Below are positions 41,096-50,963 of a stretch of 64,000 nt of DNA, in pieces (the first letter of the stretch is position 1; each line of letters opens with the position of its first letter). The stretch lies in assembly GCA_028716245.1 (NCBI GenBank), contig JAQUQW010000001.1, positions 485,925 through 549,924 of the forward strand, written 5' to 3'. The position numbers were made by a program, and so were the translations under genes. Under the pieces are notes generated by a model. That model ran no database searches. It was not told the origin of the DNA and saw only the letters and a program-made list of their open reading frames with translations. The stretch is from Candidatus Omnitrophota bacterium. Its GTDB lineage: Bacteria; Omnitrophota; Gorgyraeia; Gygaellales; Profunditerraquicolaceae.

Positions 41096-41578
41096 AGATT
41101 AGATTAATATATTATACACAATAACCTAGGAGGGTCAATTAAAACAAAATGGATAGCGGGTCCTGCCTTAAGCGTCTGCCTTGTCTTGTTTTCTCGCAGG
41201 GACGCTTGTTTGCCCCTGCGCGGCAAACTGCGCTCGGGTTTCGGCCTCGCTCTGCCGGAGCATTTATTGTGGGCAGCCGTGCCCGCTCGGCCTGCAAACG
41301 CCCTGCTCGAAATCAAGCCAAGCCATCCGCTGATAATATATATAAATGACACTGACAAGTTTCGCAGCGAATGTCGATTTTATGAATATTATCAAGATTT
41401 CCGGCTTTTGCTGGAGGAGCATTAGAAATTTTTCGGCAGTTGTGTGCAAGGAATTACGGCGAGTGCAGGCAATACCTTTATACGTAAGGAACACTGCGCT
41501 GCCGGAACAAGCCGTAAACCGCAGCACACGGCGAAAAATTTCAGCGACGGAAGCAAAAGACGGAAAGCTTGGGAAAAA

Positions 41579-42835
41579 CTAGAAATATTCCTGGTAAACT
41601 TCTTTGAAACGGTTTACCGCTTTAAAAAAGAGGTTTTTGGCAGGCTTAACTAAAGGCGAACTCCCTACGGTCTTGTTTTCTAAATCTTCACAGACCATCC
41701 CCAGGCAAGTCAGATAAGTCAGATATCTTTGTCCGGCTAAATCATTATTTTCTTTGACTAACGCGGCGATCTCCGGATTCCTGATCCGGCCGAGCTTAAC
41801 CGGAATACCCGTTAAGCTCTCCATCATCTCGATAAATCCATCCGTCAGAAGCGTTTTACCGGCCATAATAAAGTGATCAATTTCATGCAAGGCCACCTTT
41901 TTCTCTATGATTTCCTTAATCTGCGCGCAGACCAGGCGGCCGGAGTTGGTAGTCATTAAAGCTACATCGCGCTGTTTTAGAGGTTTATAGAATTCATCTT
42001 TCTTGACCAAAATTTCTTTATTTTCCGCAATACTGCCGGCATCGCCGATAATCCCGTAAGAACGCTTGATATCTTCTGCCAGCTCAAAATTAATTTTTAA
42101 TCCTTCCGAGAGCTGGGCCGTCATGCTGTTTCCCCCTAATGCCAAAATCTGGATATCCTGCAAGAGCCCGTCTTTAAAGATAAGCAGTTCTGTAACATCG
42201 CTTCCCACATCGCAAAACACGCTTAACCCTTTTTTTTCTTCTCTGCCAAACACTGCTTGGCTAGTGGCTAGCCCCGAAAAAGAAAGATTCCTGATCTCAT
42301 AACCAACCTGGCTTATCACCCGGCTTAAGCTCTGCAAAGAAGAAATCCTGGCGCAGACCAGATATAGATCTACCTCCAGCCTGTGGCTGTATAAACCAAT
42401 AGGATTAATAACATTACTTTTGGAATCAATGGTATAGCTGGAAGGAATTACGTGGATTATCTCCTCCTCTAAGCTGGAACCAAGGATGCGCGCCTGTTCA
42501 TTAGCGCTGGCTATATCCGTTGAGGTAATCACCTTATTGCCGCGTTCGGCAAGCGGGATAATCGCGTGGCTATGCTTGGTTAAGATATCCTTTCCGGAGA
42601 AATTAGCATGAATATACTTGATCCTCAATCCAGATTTAGTTTTCAGGCTCTTCATAATTTTTGTCAGGCAAACCACTAACTGCGTGGCATCAACAATCAC
42701 CCCTTCTTTAACCCCGGAGGATGGCATAACCTCAAAAAAAATATCCTCTATCCGGCTTTTCTTTATCTTAGCCAGGCAACCCGCGATTTTATTTGAACCG
42801 ATGTCTATTGCGCAAATATAATTATTGTTTAACAT
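41579..42835 (-). CDS. ftsA: Cell division protein FtsA
   Basis: Actin/Hsp70 fold starting ICAIDIGSNKIAG. Follows ftsQ. 418 aa. Confidence 0.85.
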   Translation of the reverse strand: MLNNNYICAIDIGSNKIAGCLAKIKKSRIEDIFFEVMPSSGVKEGVIVDATQLVVCLTKIMKSLKTKSGLRIKYIHANFSGKDILTKHSHAIIPLAERGNKVITSTDIASANEQARILGSSLEEEIIHVIPSSYTIDSKSNVINPIGLYSHRLEVDLYLVCARISSLQSLSRVISQVGYEIRNLSFSGLATSQAVFGREEKKGLSVFCDVGSDVTELLIFKDGLLQDIQILALGGNSMTAQLSEGLKINFELAEDIKRSYGIIGDAGSIAENKEILVKKDEFYKPLKQRDVALMTTNSGRLVCAQIKEIIEKKVALHEIDHFIMAGKTLLTDGFIEMMESLTGIPVKLGRIRNPEIAALVKENNDLAGQRYLTYLTCLGMVCEDLENKTVGSSPLVKPAKNLFFKAVNRFKEVYQEYF

Positions 42836-43613
42836 TGTTAAGCTTTATTACCGGCTCCTTAAACCGAAGGTCAATATACTTTATATTGCCCCATTCTTTA
42901 CGCGCCTGGATAACCAAGCCGCCTAAGATTATCATTTTCTGCCTGATATTATTTTCTCCCGTGCGCACCTCAAAACCAATCCACTCTGCTTGAGCAACGG
43001 GTTTTGTATAATCGGCCAACTGCTTGGGCAGAAGAATAAAAAAGCCCGCGCTCTGCAGATCCGCCACATCAATTCTTATTAAGGTAAAACCCTGAAAAGC
43101 TTTATTAACTTTAAATTCCTTAACTATACTTAAAGCCAAATCAAGTTCAGCCCTTTTATATCTTGTCCCCGGCTTAGGGGCAAATATCTTTGTTTCTAAG
43201 CCATAGATAACCGGCAGCCCTGCTTCCTCAATGGCCGCGTTTGAGTAGAATAACACCCCCTGCTCATCGATGGCAAAATCTTTATAGAATTTAACCAAGG
43301 CAGCAGGCTTGCGCTTCAAAAAATCCACAAATACGCAGTTGGGAAGTACCCGGGCAAACCTAACCTTGCGGCAATCCGGGCAGCTTAAAGCAGCCCTGTG
43401 GGATTCACCGTTTAGATCCAGGCTAAAAATGTTCCTGCCTTTTAAATAATCAAATGACTTCTCGGAATTCCTGACGACAACCTGCCTAACGGCAAAAAAA
43501 TCTGAAGTAGTTAAAGCTTTACAAATATATCCTATTATAAAAGAGAAGGCAAGTAAAATTATTGCCAAGGATATAATAATCTTTACAGGAAAATTAAACC
43601 TTCGCTTTTTCAT
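42822..43613 (-). CDS. ftsQ: Cell division protein FtsQ/DivIB
   Basis: N-terminal TM anchor followed by POTRA and beta domains. Lies between ddl and ftsA. Confidence 0.7.
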   Translation of the reverse strand: MKKRRFNFPVKIIISLAIILLAFSFIIGYICKALTTSDFFAVRQVVVRNSEKSFDYLKGRNIFSLDLNGESHRAALSCPDCRKVRFARVLPNCVFVDFLKRKPAALVKFYKDFAIDEQGVLFYSNAAIEEAGLPVIYGLETKIFAPKPGTRYKRAELDLALSIVKEFKVNKAFQGFTLIRIDVADLQSAGFFILLPKQLADYTKPVAQAEWIGFEVRTGENNIRQKMIILGGLVIQARKEWGNIKYIDLRFKEPVIKLNNVKQ

Positions 43614-44538
43614 AACCTAATTCCAAAAGCTTAATACAAAGCCGGTTAAAATCTATACCGATGATTTTGGCAGCCTTGGGTAAAAGGCTGGTCGCCGTCA
43701 TCCCCGGTATGGTATTGACCTCCAGGACGTAAGGCAAACCGTCTTTACTCAATATAATATCCGTGCGTGAGCAGCCAAAACAACCCAGAAGTTTATGTGC
43801 CGCTAAAGCCGCTTGCTGGACTTTTCCGGCAATATCCTCCTCTAAATGAGCAGGGATGATATACTCCGTTAATCCCGCCTGATATTTAGCTTCAAAATCA
43901 AAAAATTTATTTTTGGGGATAATTTCGATCACCGGCAAAGCCGCTTCATCCAAAACCCCCACCGTAAGTTCTCTTCCAAATATGTACTCCTCGATAATTA
44001 TGCGTTCATCAAACTCAAAAGCCAGATCAATAGCCGCAGATATCCCTTCATCACGCTCAACCAGTGAGAGCCCGATACTTGAACCGTGATTAGCCGGCTT
44101 AACTACTAGAGGCAGCCCCAGATCGTTTTCATAAACCCTGTTTTTCCGATAAACCGATTTCTCTAAAAAACGGGATTTAGGCACGCATAGCCCGCCGTCT
44201 TTGAATTTTCTTAGCGAACTGATCTTGTCCATGGCTAGCCGGCTGGCCGCGACTCCTGAAGCGGTGTAAGGTAAATTCATTTTTTCCAGGATCTCCTGGA
44301 TTGAACCGTCTTCTCCAAAACGGCCATGCAAAGCAATGAATACGGAATTTAAATTATGGCTCTTAAGCCGCCGGATATTCTCTTCCACATTATCGGTAGT
44401 TATATCAATGCCTACCGCCGCTACTCCCGACTCAAGCAGCGCGGATAATACGGCCTCACCGCTTTTCAAAGAGATCCCCCTCTCTGAAGAAGGCCCCCCC
44501 ATTAAAACCCCGACTCTGCCAAAATCCTTTATCTCCAT
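43594..44538 (-). CDS. ddl: D-alanine--D-alanine ligase
   Basis: ATP-grasp fold with ...HGRFGEDG... and the C-terminal EVNTIPG motif. Confidence 0.9.
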   Translation of the reverse strand: MEIKDFGRVGVLMGGPSSERGISLKSGEAVLSALLESGVAAVGIDITTDNVEENIRRLKSHNLNSVFIALHGRFGEDGSIQEILEKMNLPYTASGVAASRLAMDKISSLRKFKDGGLCVPKSRFLEKSVYRKNRVYENDLGLPLVVKPANHGSSIGLSLVERDEGISAAIDLAFEFDERIIIEEYIFGRELTVGVLDEAALPVIEIIPKNKFFDFEAKYQAGLTEYIIPAHLEEDIAGKVQQAALAAHKLLGCFGCSRTDIILSKDGLPYVLEVNTIPGMTATSLLPKAAKIIGIDFNRLCIKLLELGYEKAKV

Positions 44539-45410
44539 ATTTTTATCTCTGGCTGCAGGTTAATTTTAAATCTTTCCCTGACTTTCCTTCGCATTAAATC
44601 CATAAGCGACAAAACATCGCTGCTCTTTGCCTTGCCTGAGTTTAAAATAAAATTCGCATGGGCCCTGGAAATTAAAGCTGCGCCTTTTGTTTTTCCTTTT
44701 AATCCGCAGGCATCAATAAGCCTCCCCGCCGGATTTTTAGCCGGATTTTTAAAGATACAGCCGGCATTGGGCAGGCTGTTGTTCTGGGTTTTACCGCGCC
44801 TTAAAAGATATTCTTTGATTTTAAGGGCGATCTTATCTTTATCTGCGGCGTGTAATTTAAGTTTTGCCGAAAGAATAATATACTTATTTAAATTAGATTT
44901 ACGGTAAGCAAACCGCAAATTTCTGCCGGCCAGAAGCTTTGGCCTGCCATTATAATCTAAGACCGATACTTCTTCCACCCGCTCCCCGATTGACCTGCCC
45001 CAGGCTCCGGCATTACCAGCCAATACCCCTCCCAGTGTTCCGGGAATTCCGGCAAGAAACTCTAAACCGGACAGGCCTTTATCTTTAGCAAATAAAATCA
45101 ACTGATTTAATTTTAAACCGCTTCCGGCGGTTATGCAAGTGCCTTTATGATCTAGGCGTTGAAAATCCCGGCCGCTTAACTTAATTACCATCCCATCTAC
45201 TCCGGAATCGCTGGCTAAAATATTACTGCCTCCTCCTAATATGAAAACTTTTACTCCCGCCTTCTTGGCGCAGGCCAAGGCCTCTTGTAAACTTTTAAGA
45301 TCCCTTGGCTCAAAGAAAAATTTGGCTGGCCCGCCAATCTTAAAACTCGTAAAAGCAGCCAGGCTTATTTTAGTTTTTATTTTTTTATTTAAGTTTTTCG
45401 GCCAGAGCAT
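44529..45410 (-). CDS. murB: UDP-N-acetylenolpyruvoylglucosamine reductase
   Basis: FAD-binding N-terminal domain (GGGSN) and MurB C-terminal domain. Confidence 0.85.
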   Translation of the reverse strand: MLWPKNLNKKIKTKISLAAFTSFKIGGPAKFFFEPRDLKSLQEALACAKKAGVKVFILGGGSNILASDSGVDGMVIKLSGRDFQRLDHKGTCITAGSGLKLNQLILFAKDKGLSGLEFLAGIPGTLGGVLAGNAGAWGRSIGERVEEVSVLDYNGRPKLLAGRNLRFAYRKSNLNKYIILSAKLKLHAADKDKIALKIKEYLLRRGKTQNNSLPNAGCIFKNPAKNPAGRLIDACGLKGKTKGAALISRAHANFILNSGKAKSSDVLSLMDLMRRKVRERFKINLQPEIKIWR

Positions 45411-46743
45411 CGGAAACCTTTACAATATCCCCTGCGCCCAGGGTAATCACCAGATCATTCTCCCGAATGATCCCTAAAAGATGGTCGAGAATATCTTCCT
45501 TAGGCAAATACAAGACTTCTTTATCTTTGGCGTGTTCCTTTATTTTTTCCATTAACTTCCGGGCGGCTACACCTTCTATAGGCTGTTCGCTGGCCGCGTA
45601 AATATCCGTGATAATCAGGTAATCCGACTGGTCAAAAGATTTGGCAAAATCATTTAGAAGCAGCTGCGTACGGGTATAACGATGCGGCTGGAAGATAACG
45701 ATCTTGCGCCCGGCCTTGAGATTAGCGATTGCCGCCAAAGTAGCTTTTATCTCCGAAGGATGGTGGGCATAATCATCGATCACCAGGTATTTATCGCTCT
45801 TAAATTTTGTCTCAAGCCTGCGGCTTGCCCCTTTATACCCTTTTAGAGTCCTGCGGATACACTCTAAATCAATACCCAATTCCATCCCTAAACCGATTAC
45901 CGCCAAAGAATTTGAAATATTATGTTCACCGCCCAAGGCCAGATGAAAACGGGAAACAAATTTATCTTTAAAATAACAATCAAAATCTGAAAGTAAACCG
46001 GTAAAGGAAATGTTCTTGGCGTTTATATCAGCTCCGCTATTTAGGCCAAACGATAAATGTTTGCCTTTATAAATACTCAGCATCTTTAAAAGATTGGGAT
46101 CATCGGAACAGGCAAAAACACAGCCCCCTTTCTGAGTACGTTCTATAAAAGACTTAAAGGCCTTCAATTCATTATCGAAATTATGGTAATAATCCAGGTG
46201 TTCCCGGTCGATATTGGTAATAATTGAATACTTGGGCGTATAATTTAAGAATGAACCATCGGACTCATCGGCTTCAGCGACGAAAAAATCGCCATCCCCC
46301 AGGCAAGCATTGGTATCAATATTATTCAGTATCCCTCCGATAACTACCGTGGGGTTTAACCCGGCCTCAAGCAGCATATAAGAAACCAATGAAGTAGTGG
46401 TGGTTTTGCCGTGGCTGCCGGCAACGGTTATCGCGGTTTTCCCCCGCATCAGCCCGGCCAGAGCCTGCGCTCTTTTAATCAAGGGTATTCCCAAAGCTTT
46501 GGCCCGCAGTATTTCGGGATTATCCTGCCTTATCGCCGAAGAATAAACCAGCACATCCTGGCCGGTAATATTTGAGGCGTTGTGGCCAATGGATATCTTG
46601 GCCCCCAGGCTTTTAAGCTCATCGGTAATCCGGTTCTCTTTTAAATCCGAACCGCTTACCTTATAACCGCTTTTAAGCATTAAACGGGCGATTCCGCTCA
46701 TGCCTATTCCGCCGATACCGATAAAGTGATAATAATCCTTCAT
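45385..46743 (-). CDS. murC: UDP-N-acetylmuramate--L-alanine ligase
   Basis: N-terminal FIGIGGIGMSGIA and Mur ligase P-loop GSHGKTTTTS. Confidence 0.9.
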   Translation of the reverse strand: MKDYYHFIGIGGIGMSGIARLMLKSGYKVSGSDLKENRITDELKSLGAKISIGHNASNITGQDVLVYSSAIRQDNPEILRAKALGIPLIKRAQALAGLMRGKTAITVAGSHGKTTTTSLVSYMLLEAGLNPTVVIGGILNNIDTNACLGDGDFFVAEADESDGSFLNYTPKYSIITNIDREHLDYYHNFDNELKAFKSFIERTQKGGCVFACSDDPNLLKMLSIYKGKHLSFGLNSGADINAKNISFTGLLSDFDCYFKDKFVSRFHLALGGEHNISNSLAVIGLGMELGIDLECIRRTLKGYKGASRRLETKFKSDKYLVIDDYAHHPSEIKATLAAIANLKAGRKIVIFQPHRYTRTQLLLNDFAKSFDQSDYLIITDIYAASEQPIEGVAARKLMEKIKEHAKDKEVLYLPKEDILDHLLGIIRENDLVITLGAGDIVKVSDALAEKLK

Positions 46744-47546
46744 TCTAAAATATACGCTTTCCAGGCGCTTTCAAAATCTTCCATACTGGCAAAAGAATAT
46801 GTTTTTATTAAAGCTTCCCCTAAATCTTTAATGTCCCGCAGGTTCTGGCAGAAAAATACAAATCTGTCTTTACCAAACTCGGAAATTAAATATTTCACCA
46901 GGCTATACGATTCCGCATAAAATAACGCTACCTTTGCCCTGTCTTGTGAACCGGACACCACTGTGCGGCTTAGCTCCTCCAGGTTAATAAAGCTACCTTG
47001 CCTTAGCTTATCGGCTAAATCCGCTTTTACCGAGAATATATTTTTCTGCTGATAGGTAGCAACTCCTTCCTGAAGCCAAAGGGGGATAGCCGGATTATTA
47101 AAACCCACCATCTCATTAAAAATAATATGCGCCATTTCATGCGCAAGGATATTATCCAAAAACCCGGGGGCGGTCACAAAAGTCATGATTGTCTTACTGG
47201 CAACGCTTGCCTCTCCTGCCGACCAATCCGCGGCATGGGTTTCTTTCCTGTATTCCTCTTGGTTATCAAAAAGATAAATTTTTGCCCGGTTATCCCAAGT
47301 CCAAAAATTAAAACGGTTAAAACCTAAATCCTCGGTAATACTATTATAACAGTCCTCGGCTTTTTGAGTTAACTCATTAAGCGATCTTTCCGGAGCGCTT
47401 TTATAATAAACCAAAAAATGCGTGCTTTTTAATACCTGCCAATCCGGATTATCCGCAAAAACAATAAACGGAAAAAATAGAAAGATGAGGAATAATTTAA
47501 ATCGGCGCATTAATTTAAACTTAGCACTTCCTTGGCTAATAAGCAA
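46740..47546 (-). CDS. Secreted HExxH zinc-metallopeptidase-like protein embedded in the dcw cluster
   Basis: Signal peptide MRRFKLFLIFLFFPFIVFA. HEMAH motif with a downstream Glu (LWLQEG) consistent with a gluzincin. The likely start at MRRF removes the overlap with murG. Confidence 0.55.
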   Translation of the reverse strand: MLISQGSAKFKLMRRFKLFLIFLFFPFIVFADNPDWQVLKSTHFLVYYKSAPERSLNELTQKAEDCYNSITEDLGFNRFNFWTWDNRAKIYLFDNQEEYRKETHAADWSAGEASVASKTIMTFVTAPGFLDNILAHEMAHIIFNEMVGFNNPAIPLWLQEGVATYQQKNIFSVKADLADKLRQGSFINLEELSRTVVSGSQDRAKVALFYAESYSLVKYLISEFGKDRFVFFCQNLRDIKDLGEALIKTYSFASMEDFESAWKAYILE

Positions 47547-48589
47547 GCGGCATCCGCAACCGTAAACTGCGCGTATACCCGGCGCATCGCTTTTAGTTTC
47601 TCCGGATTTGCCAAAAACACATTTAATTGATCGGTCAATTTTTCCACGCGCAATTCCTCATCTTTAATGATCAGGGCGGCCCCGGGATCTGCGAGTATCC
47701 GGGCATTAGCCTCTTGATGCGCGTAAGCAAAAGGATATGGGATTAATACCGCCGGAATTCCAAATTTCTGTAGTTCGGCAATGGTTGTGGCCCCTGACCG
47801 GCAGATGATCAGATCCGCCACGCTATAAGCATATTGCATAGCCGGAAAAAATTCAAACAGCCTATAGCTCAAATTCAATGGATCATATTTTAATTTAAGC
47901 CGGGGATAATCCTGGATTCCGGAAATATGGATCAGCTGCAGGTCATCTTTTTTTGGATAAGCGGCGATTGCCTCAAAACAAACAGAGTTTAACTTGGCCG
48001 ACCCCTGGCTTCCTCCGGTAATTAATATATTAAATTTTCCTTCTTTAAACTTAAAAAAATCAAGCGCCTGCTTCCTGTCTACGGGGGCCAAATCCTTGCG
48101 CAGAGGATTACCTGTCAGGACGATCTTTTCACCGGATATATTCAGGTATTTATTTGTCTGGCTAAAGGATACCGCTACCTTGTCCACCAACTTAGCCAAT
48201 AACCGGTTGGCCCTGCCGGGGATAACATTCTGTTCATGAATTATGGTTTTTGCCCTAAATAACCAAGCCCAGAATATCAGGGCCACAGTATTAAGGCTGC
48301 CGAATCCAACCACCACATCCGGCCGGAATTTTAAAATAATCAGCATCCCTTCCCAGGCACCCAATAAAAATGAACAGGCGCCGGCTATATTCCTGCTGTT
48401 TAAACTAAAACTTAAAGAAGCCGCCTGGATATATTTAACCTGCGCAAATTCAACGCAGATATTATTATCCTTGCTTTTCTTGGGCAGGACTAAAAGCAAG
48501 TCAGCGCCTGAATTCTTTAATGCCTCAATCAAAGATAGCGCGGGGAAGATGTGCCCGCCGCTTGAGCCGGTAGCAATCAAAACACGCAT
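47510..48589 (-). CDS. murG: Undecaprenyldiphospho-muramoylpentapeptide beta-N-acetylglucosaminyltransferase
   Basis: GT-B fold with the N-terminal GGSGGHIFPALS G-loop. Lies after ftsW. Confidence 0.9.
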   Translation of the reverse strand: MRVLIATGSSGGHIFPALSLIEALKNSGADLLLVLPKKSKDNNICVEFAQVKYIQAASLSFSLNSRNIAGACSFLLGAWEGMLIILKFRPDVVVGFGSLNTVALIFWAWLFRAKTIIHEQNVIPGRANRLLAKLVDKVAVSFSQTNKYLNISGEKIVLTGNPLRKDLAPVDRKQALDFFKFKEGKFNILITGGSQGSAKLNSVCFEAIAAYPKKDDLQLIHISGIQDYPRLKLKYDPLNLSYRLFEFFPAMQYAYSVADLIICRSGATTIAELQKFGIPAVLIPYPFAYAHQEANARILADPGAALIIKDEELRVEKLTDQLNVFLANPEKLKAMRRVYAQFTVADAACLLAKEVLSLN

Positions 48590-48591
48590 AT

Positions 48592-49686
48592 TTAAGGATA
48601 CTCTCCCGTACGGGCAATATTGATTAATATGCCCAGGCTAACCATATCAAATATCAGCGAAGAACCGCCATAGCTGATAAACGGCAACGGCAAACCTTTG
48701 GTAGGAAAAACTCCGCAAGAAACACCGATATTTACAATCGCCTTAAGCGAAATCATCAAAACTAAACCCAGGGCAAGAAAATACCCGAATTTATCCTGGG
48801 CATTCTTGATAATTTTAAGGCCCTGTTGAATAAAGATCATAAACAATGCGATTATTCCCAATGTGCCGGCCAATCCCAGCTCTTCTCCGATAATCGAAAA
48901 AATAAAATCCGTGTGGGCTGCCGGAAGATAAAAAAGCTTCTGCTGTGAATGCCCAAGCCCCCTGCCGAATAATCCGCCGGAGCCTATGGCAATCTGTGAC
49001 TGGATAATCTGAAAGCCTGTGCCCTTAGGATCAAGCCAGGGGTTTAAAAACGCCAAGATCCTGACCCGGCGGTAAGCCACCTTAAAAACCAGAAGATAAA
49101 GCGCCGGTAAACTGCAAAGCAGTAAACTCAAAATATAAGTTCCTCTTGTTCCGGCAACAAAAAGCATGATCAGGACCACACTGCCTAAGGCAATAACCGT
49201 ACCCAAATCCGGCTGTAGAAGTATGAGTAAAGTGGTTGCCCCTAATACGCATATCGGAGGCATAAATCCTTTAAGCAGCAGCTTAATCTTATCTCCTTTA
49301 CGGCAAATAAAATCGGAGATATAAATAATCAGCGCCAGATTAGCAAACTCCGCGGGCTGGAAGCTGATAAATTTAAATCTAAACCAACGCCGGGCACCGG
49401 AGACCTCTTTGCCTACGCCGGGAATAAGCACTAAAACCAGCGAAGCAAAAGCGATCCAAAGTAACAAGCGGGCATGTTTTTTGAACAAGCGATAGTCAAC
49501 AAGCATGACTAAAAAAGTCAAGATTAGACCTGCCAGTAAAAAAAACAAATGGCGCTTTAAAAAATAAAAACTATCTCCATACTTCTCCCAGGCATAAATA
49601 CTCGAGGAACTATAAATCATCACTATACCAATACAAATAAGCACGATGGATATAGTAAACAGATTAATCCGCGCCTTTTTAACCAT
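48592..49686 (-). CDS. ftsW: Cell division SEDS protein FtsW
   Basis: FtsW/RodA/SpoVE polytopic membrane protein between murD and murG. Confidence 0.85.
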   Translation of the reverse strand: MVKKARINLFTISIVLICIGIVMIYSSSSIYAWEKYGDSFYFLKRHLFFLLAGLILTFLVMLVDYRLFKKHARLLLWIAFASLVLVLIPGVGKEVSGARRWFRFKFISFQPAEFANLALIIYISDFICRKGDKIKLLLKGFMPPICVLGATTLLILLQPDLGTVIALGSVVLIMLFVAGTRGTYILSLLLCSLPALYLLVFKVAYRRVRILAFLNPWLDPKGTGFQIIQSQIAIGSGGLFGRGLGHSQQKLFYLPAAHTDFIFSIIGEELGLAGTLGIIALFMIFIQQGLKIIKNAQDKFGYFLALGLVLMISLKAIVNIGVSCGVFPTKGLPLPFISYGGSSLIFDMVSLGILINIARTGEYP

Positions 49687-50956
49687 CCAGAGTAACTCCG
49701 CTGCCTAAATTCAGCACAATCTCTTTAAAGGCCATGCCCCGGTCTTCATAATCTTTAAACATATCAAAACTTGAGCACATCGGCGATAATAATACCGAAT
49801 ATCCCGGCTTGGCCAAAACAAAAGCTTTTTCTACCGCCTCCTTTAAAGTAGAGGCATTTTCTGTCGGAAATTCACCGCCAAGGGCGCAAGCGATCTTCTC
49901 TTTTGCCTCTCCGATAAGCACCAGATGTTTAACCTTATCCCGGGCAAACTCGCGGATTACCCGGTAATCAATCCCTTTGTGCCTGCCCCCGGCAATAAGA
50001 ATTATAGGGGTATCAATATTCTTAATCGCCCAGATTGCTGAATCTGCCGTGGTTGCCTTAGAATCATTAATAAATTTTACCCCGTTAATTTCCCGCACAT
50101 CCTCCAGGCGGTGCTGGATCCCTTTGAATTTACTAAAAACATCCAGGATCAGGCCCTGATCAATCCCCAAGATTTTTCCAACGCTAATGACCGTGCTCTG
50201 GTTAGGATTGAAGCCATCCTGCCTGGTAAAAAAAACAACTTTTGATTTTGCCTGGGCAGCCATACCCTTAAGCAACGCATCATCCCCATTTAAAATTAAA
50301 AAATCATCCTGGTCCTGATTCATCATAATCCGCTTCTTAGCATCTAAATACTCCTGCATATTATTATAGCGGTCAAGATGGTTCGGGGTTAAATTCAAAA
50401 TAACCGCGATCTTGGGTTTAAAATCTTCGATCGTCTCCAGCTGAAAAGAGCTTACCTCAAGGACAACAAAATCGCCCTCCTGCATCGCCTCCACTTCACC
50501 GCAAAATGGGTTGCCGATATTCCCGCAGACAAAAACTTTCTTTCCTGAAGCGGCCAAAATTTTCCCAATTAAAGTAGTGACCGTGGTTTTTCCGTTTGAA
50601 CCGGTTACCGCGATAATAGTCGCCGGACAAAGGATGCTAGCTGCCTCAATTTCACTGATGACCGGTATATTAAATTCTTTGGCCCATTTAATCGGTAAGG
50701 CATCCGCCGGCACTCCGGGAGAAATAACCACTAAATCCGCCGGCTTAATAAAATCCCGGCTGTGCCTGCCCAGTTCAACTAAAATATCGCCTGAACAAAG
50801 CTTAGCGCAAGCTTCTTTGGTCTGCGCGTTATCCTTAATATCCGTAATACTCACCGAAGCCCCCAATCTCTGCAACAGATTGGCGCAGGCTGCCCCGGAC
50901 CGGGCAAGGCCGACAATGGTTATCTTTTTGTTTTTAAAATAGCTAGTATTGCGCAT
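49679..50956 (-). CDS. murD: UDP-N-acetylmuramoylalanine--D-glutamate ligase
   Basis: Mur ligase P-loop GSNGKTTVTTL and an N-terminal Rossmann-like domain. Confidence 0.9.
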   Translation of the reverse strand: MRNTSYFKNKKITIVGLARSGAACANLLQRLGASVSITDIKDNAQTKEACAKLCSGDILVELGRHSRDFIKPADLVVISPGVPADALPIKWAKEFNIPVISEIEAASILCPATIIAVTGSNGKTTVTTLIGKILAASGKKVFVCGNIGNPFCGEVEAMQEGDFVVLEVSSFQLETIEDFKPKIAVILNLTPNHLDRYNNMQEYLDAKKRIMMNQDQDDFLILNGDDALLKGMAAQAKSKVVFFTRQDGFNPNQSTVISVGKILGIDQGLILDVFSKFKGIQHRLEDVREINGVKFINDSKATTADSAIWAIKNIDTPIILIAGGRHKGIDYRVIREFARDKVKHLVLIGEAKEKIACALGGEFPTENASTLKEAVEKAFVLAKPGYSVLLSPMCSSFDMFKDYEDRGMAFKEIVLNLGSGVTLDG

Positions 50957-50963
50957 GGATAGG

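Noticed and set aside
41104-41653. Short ORFs on both strands in the GC-rich island (41104-41358, 41149-41349, 41186-41425, 41264-41527, 41346-41582, 41444-41653) as a candidate fragmented ftsZ.
   Set aside because: No frame gives a coherent protein, and none contains a tubulin GGGTG(S/T)G signature. Mutually overlapping ORFs on both strands are expected by chance in GC-rich sequence.
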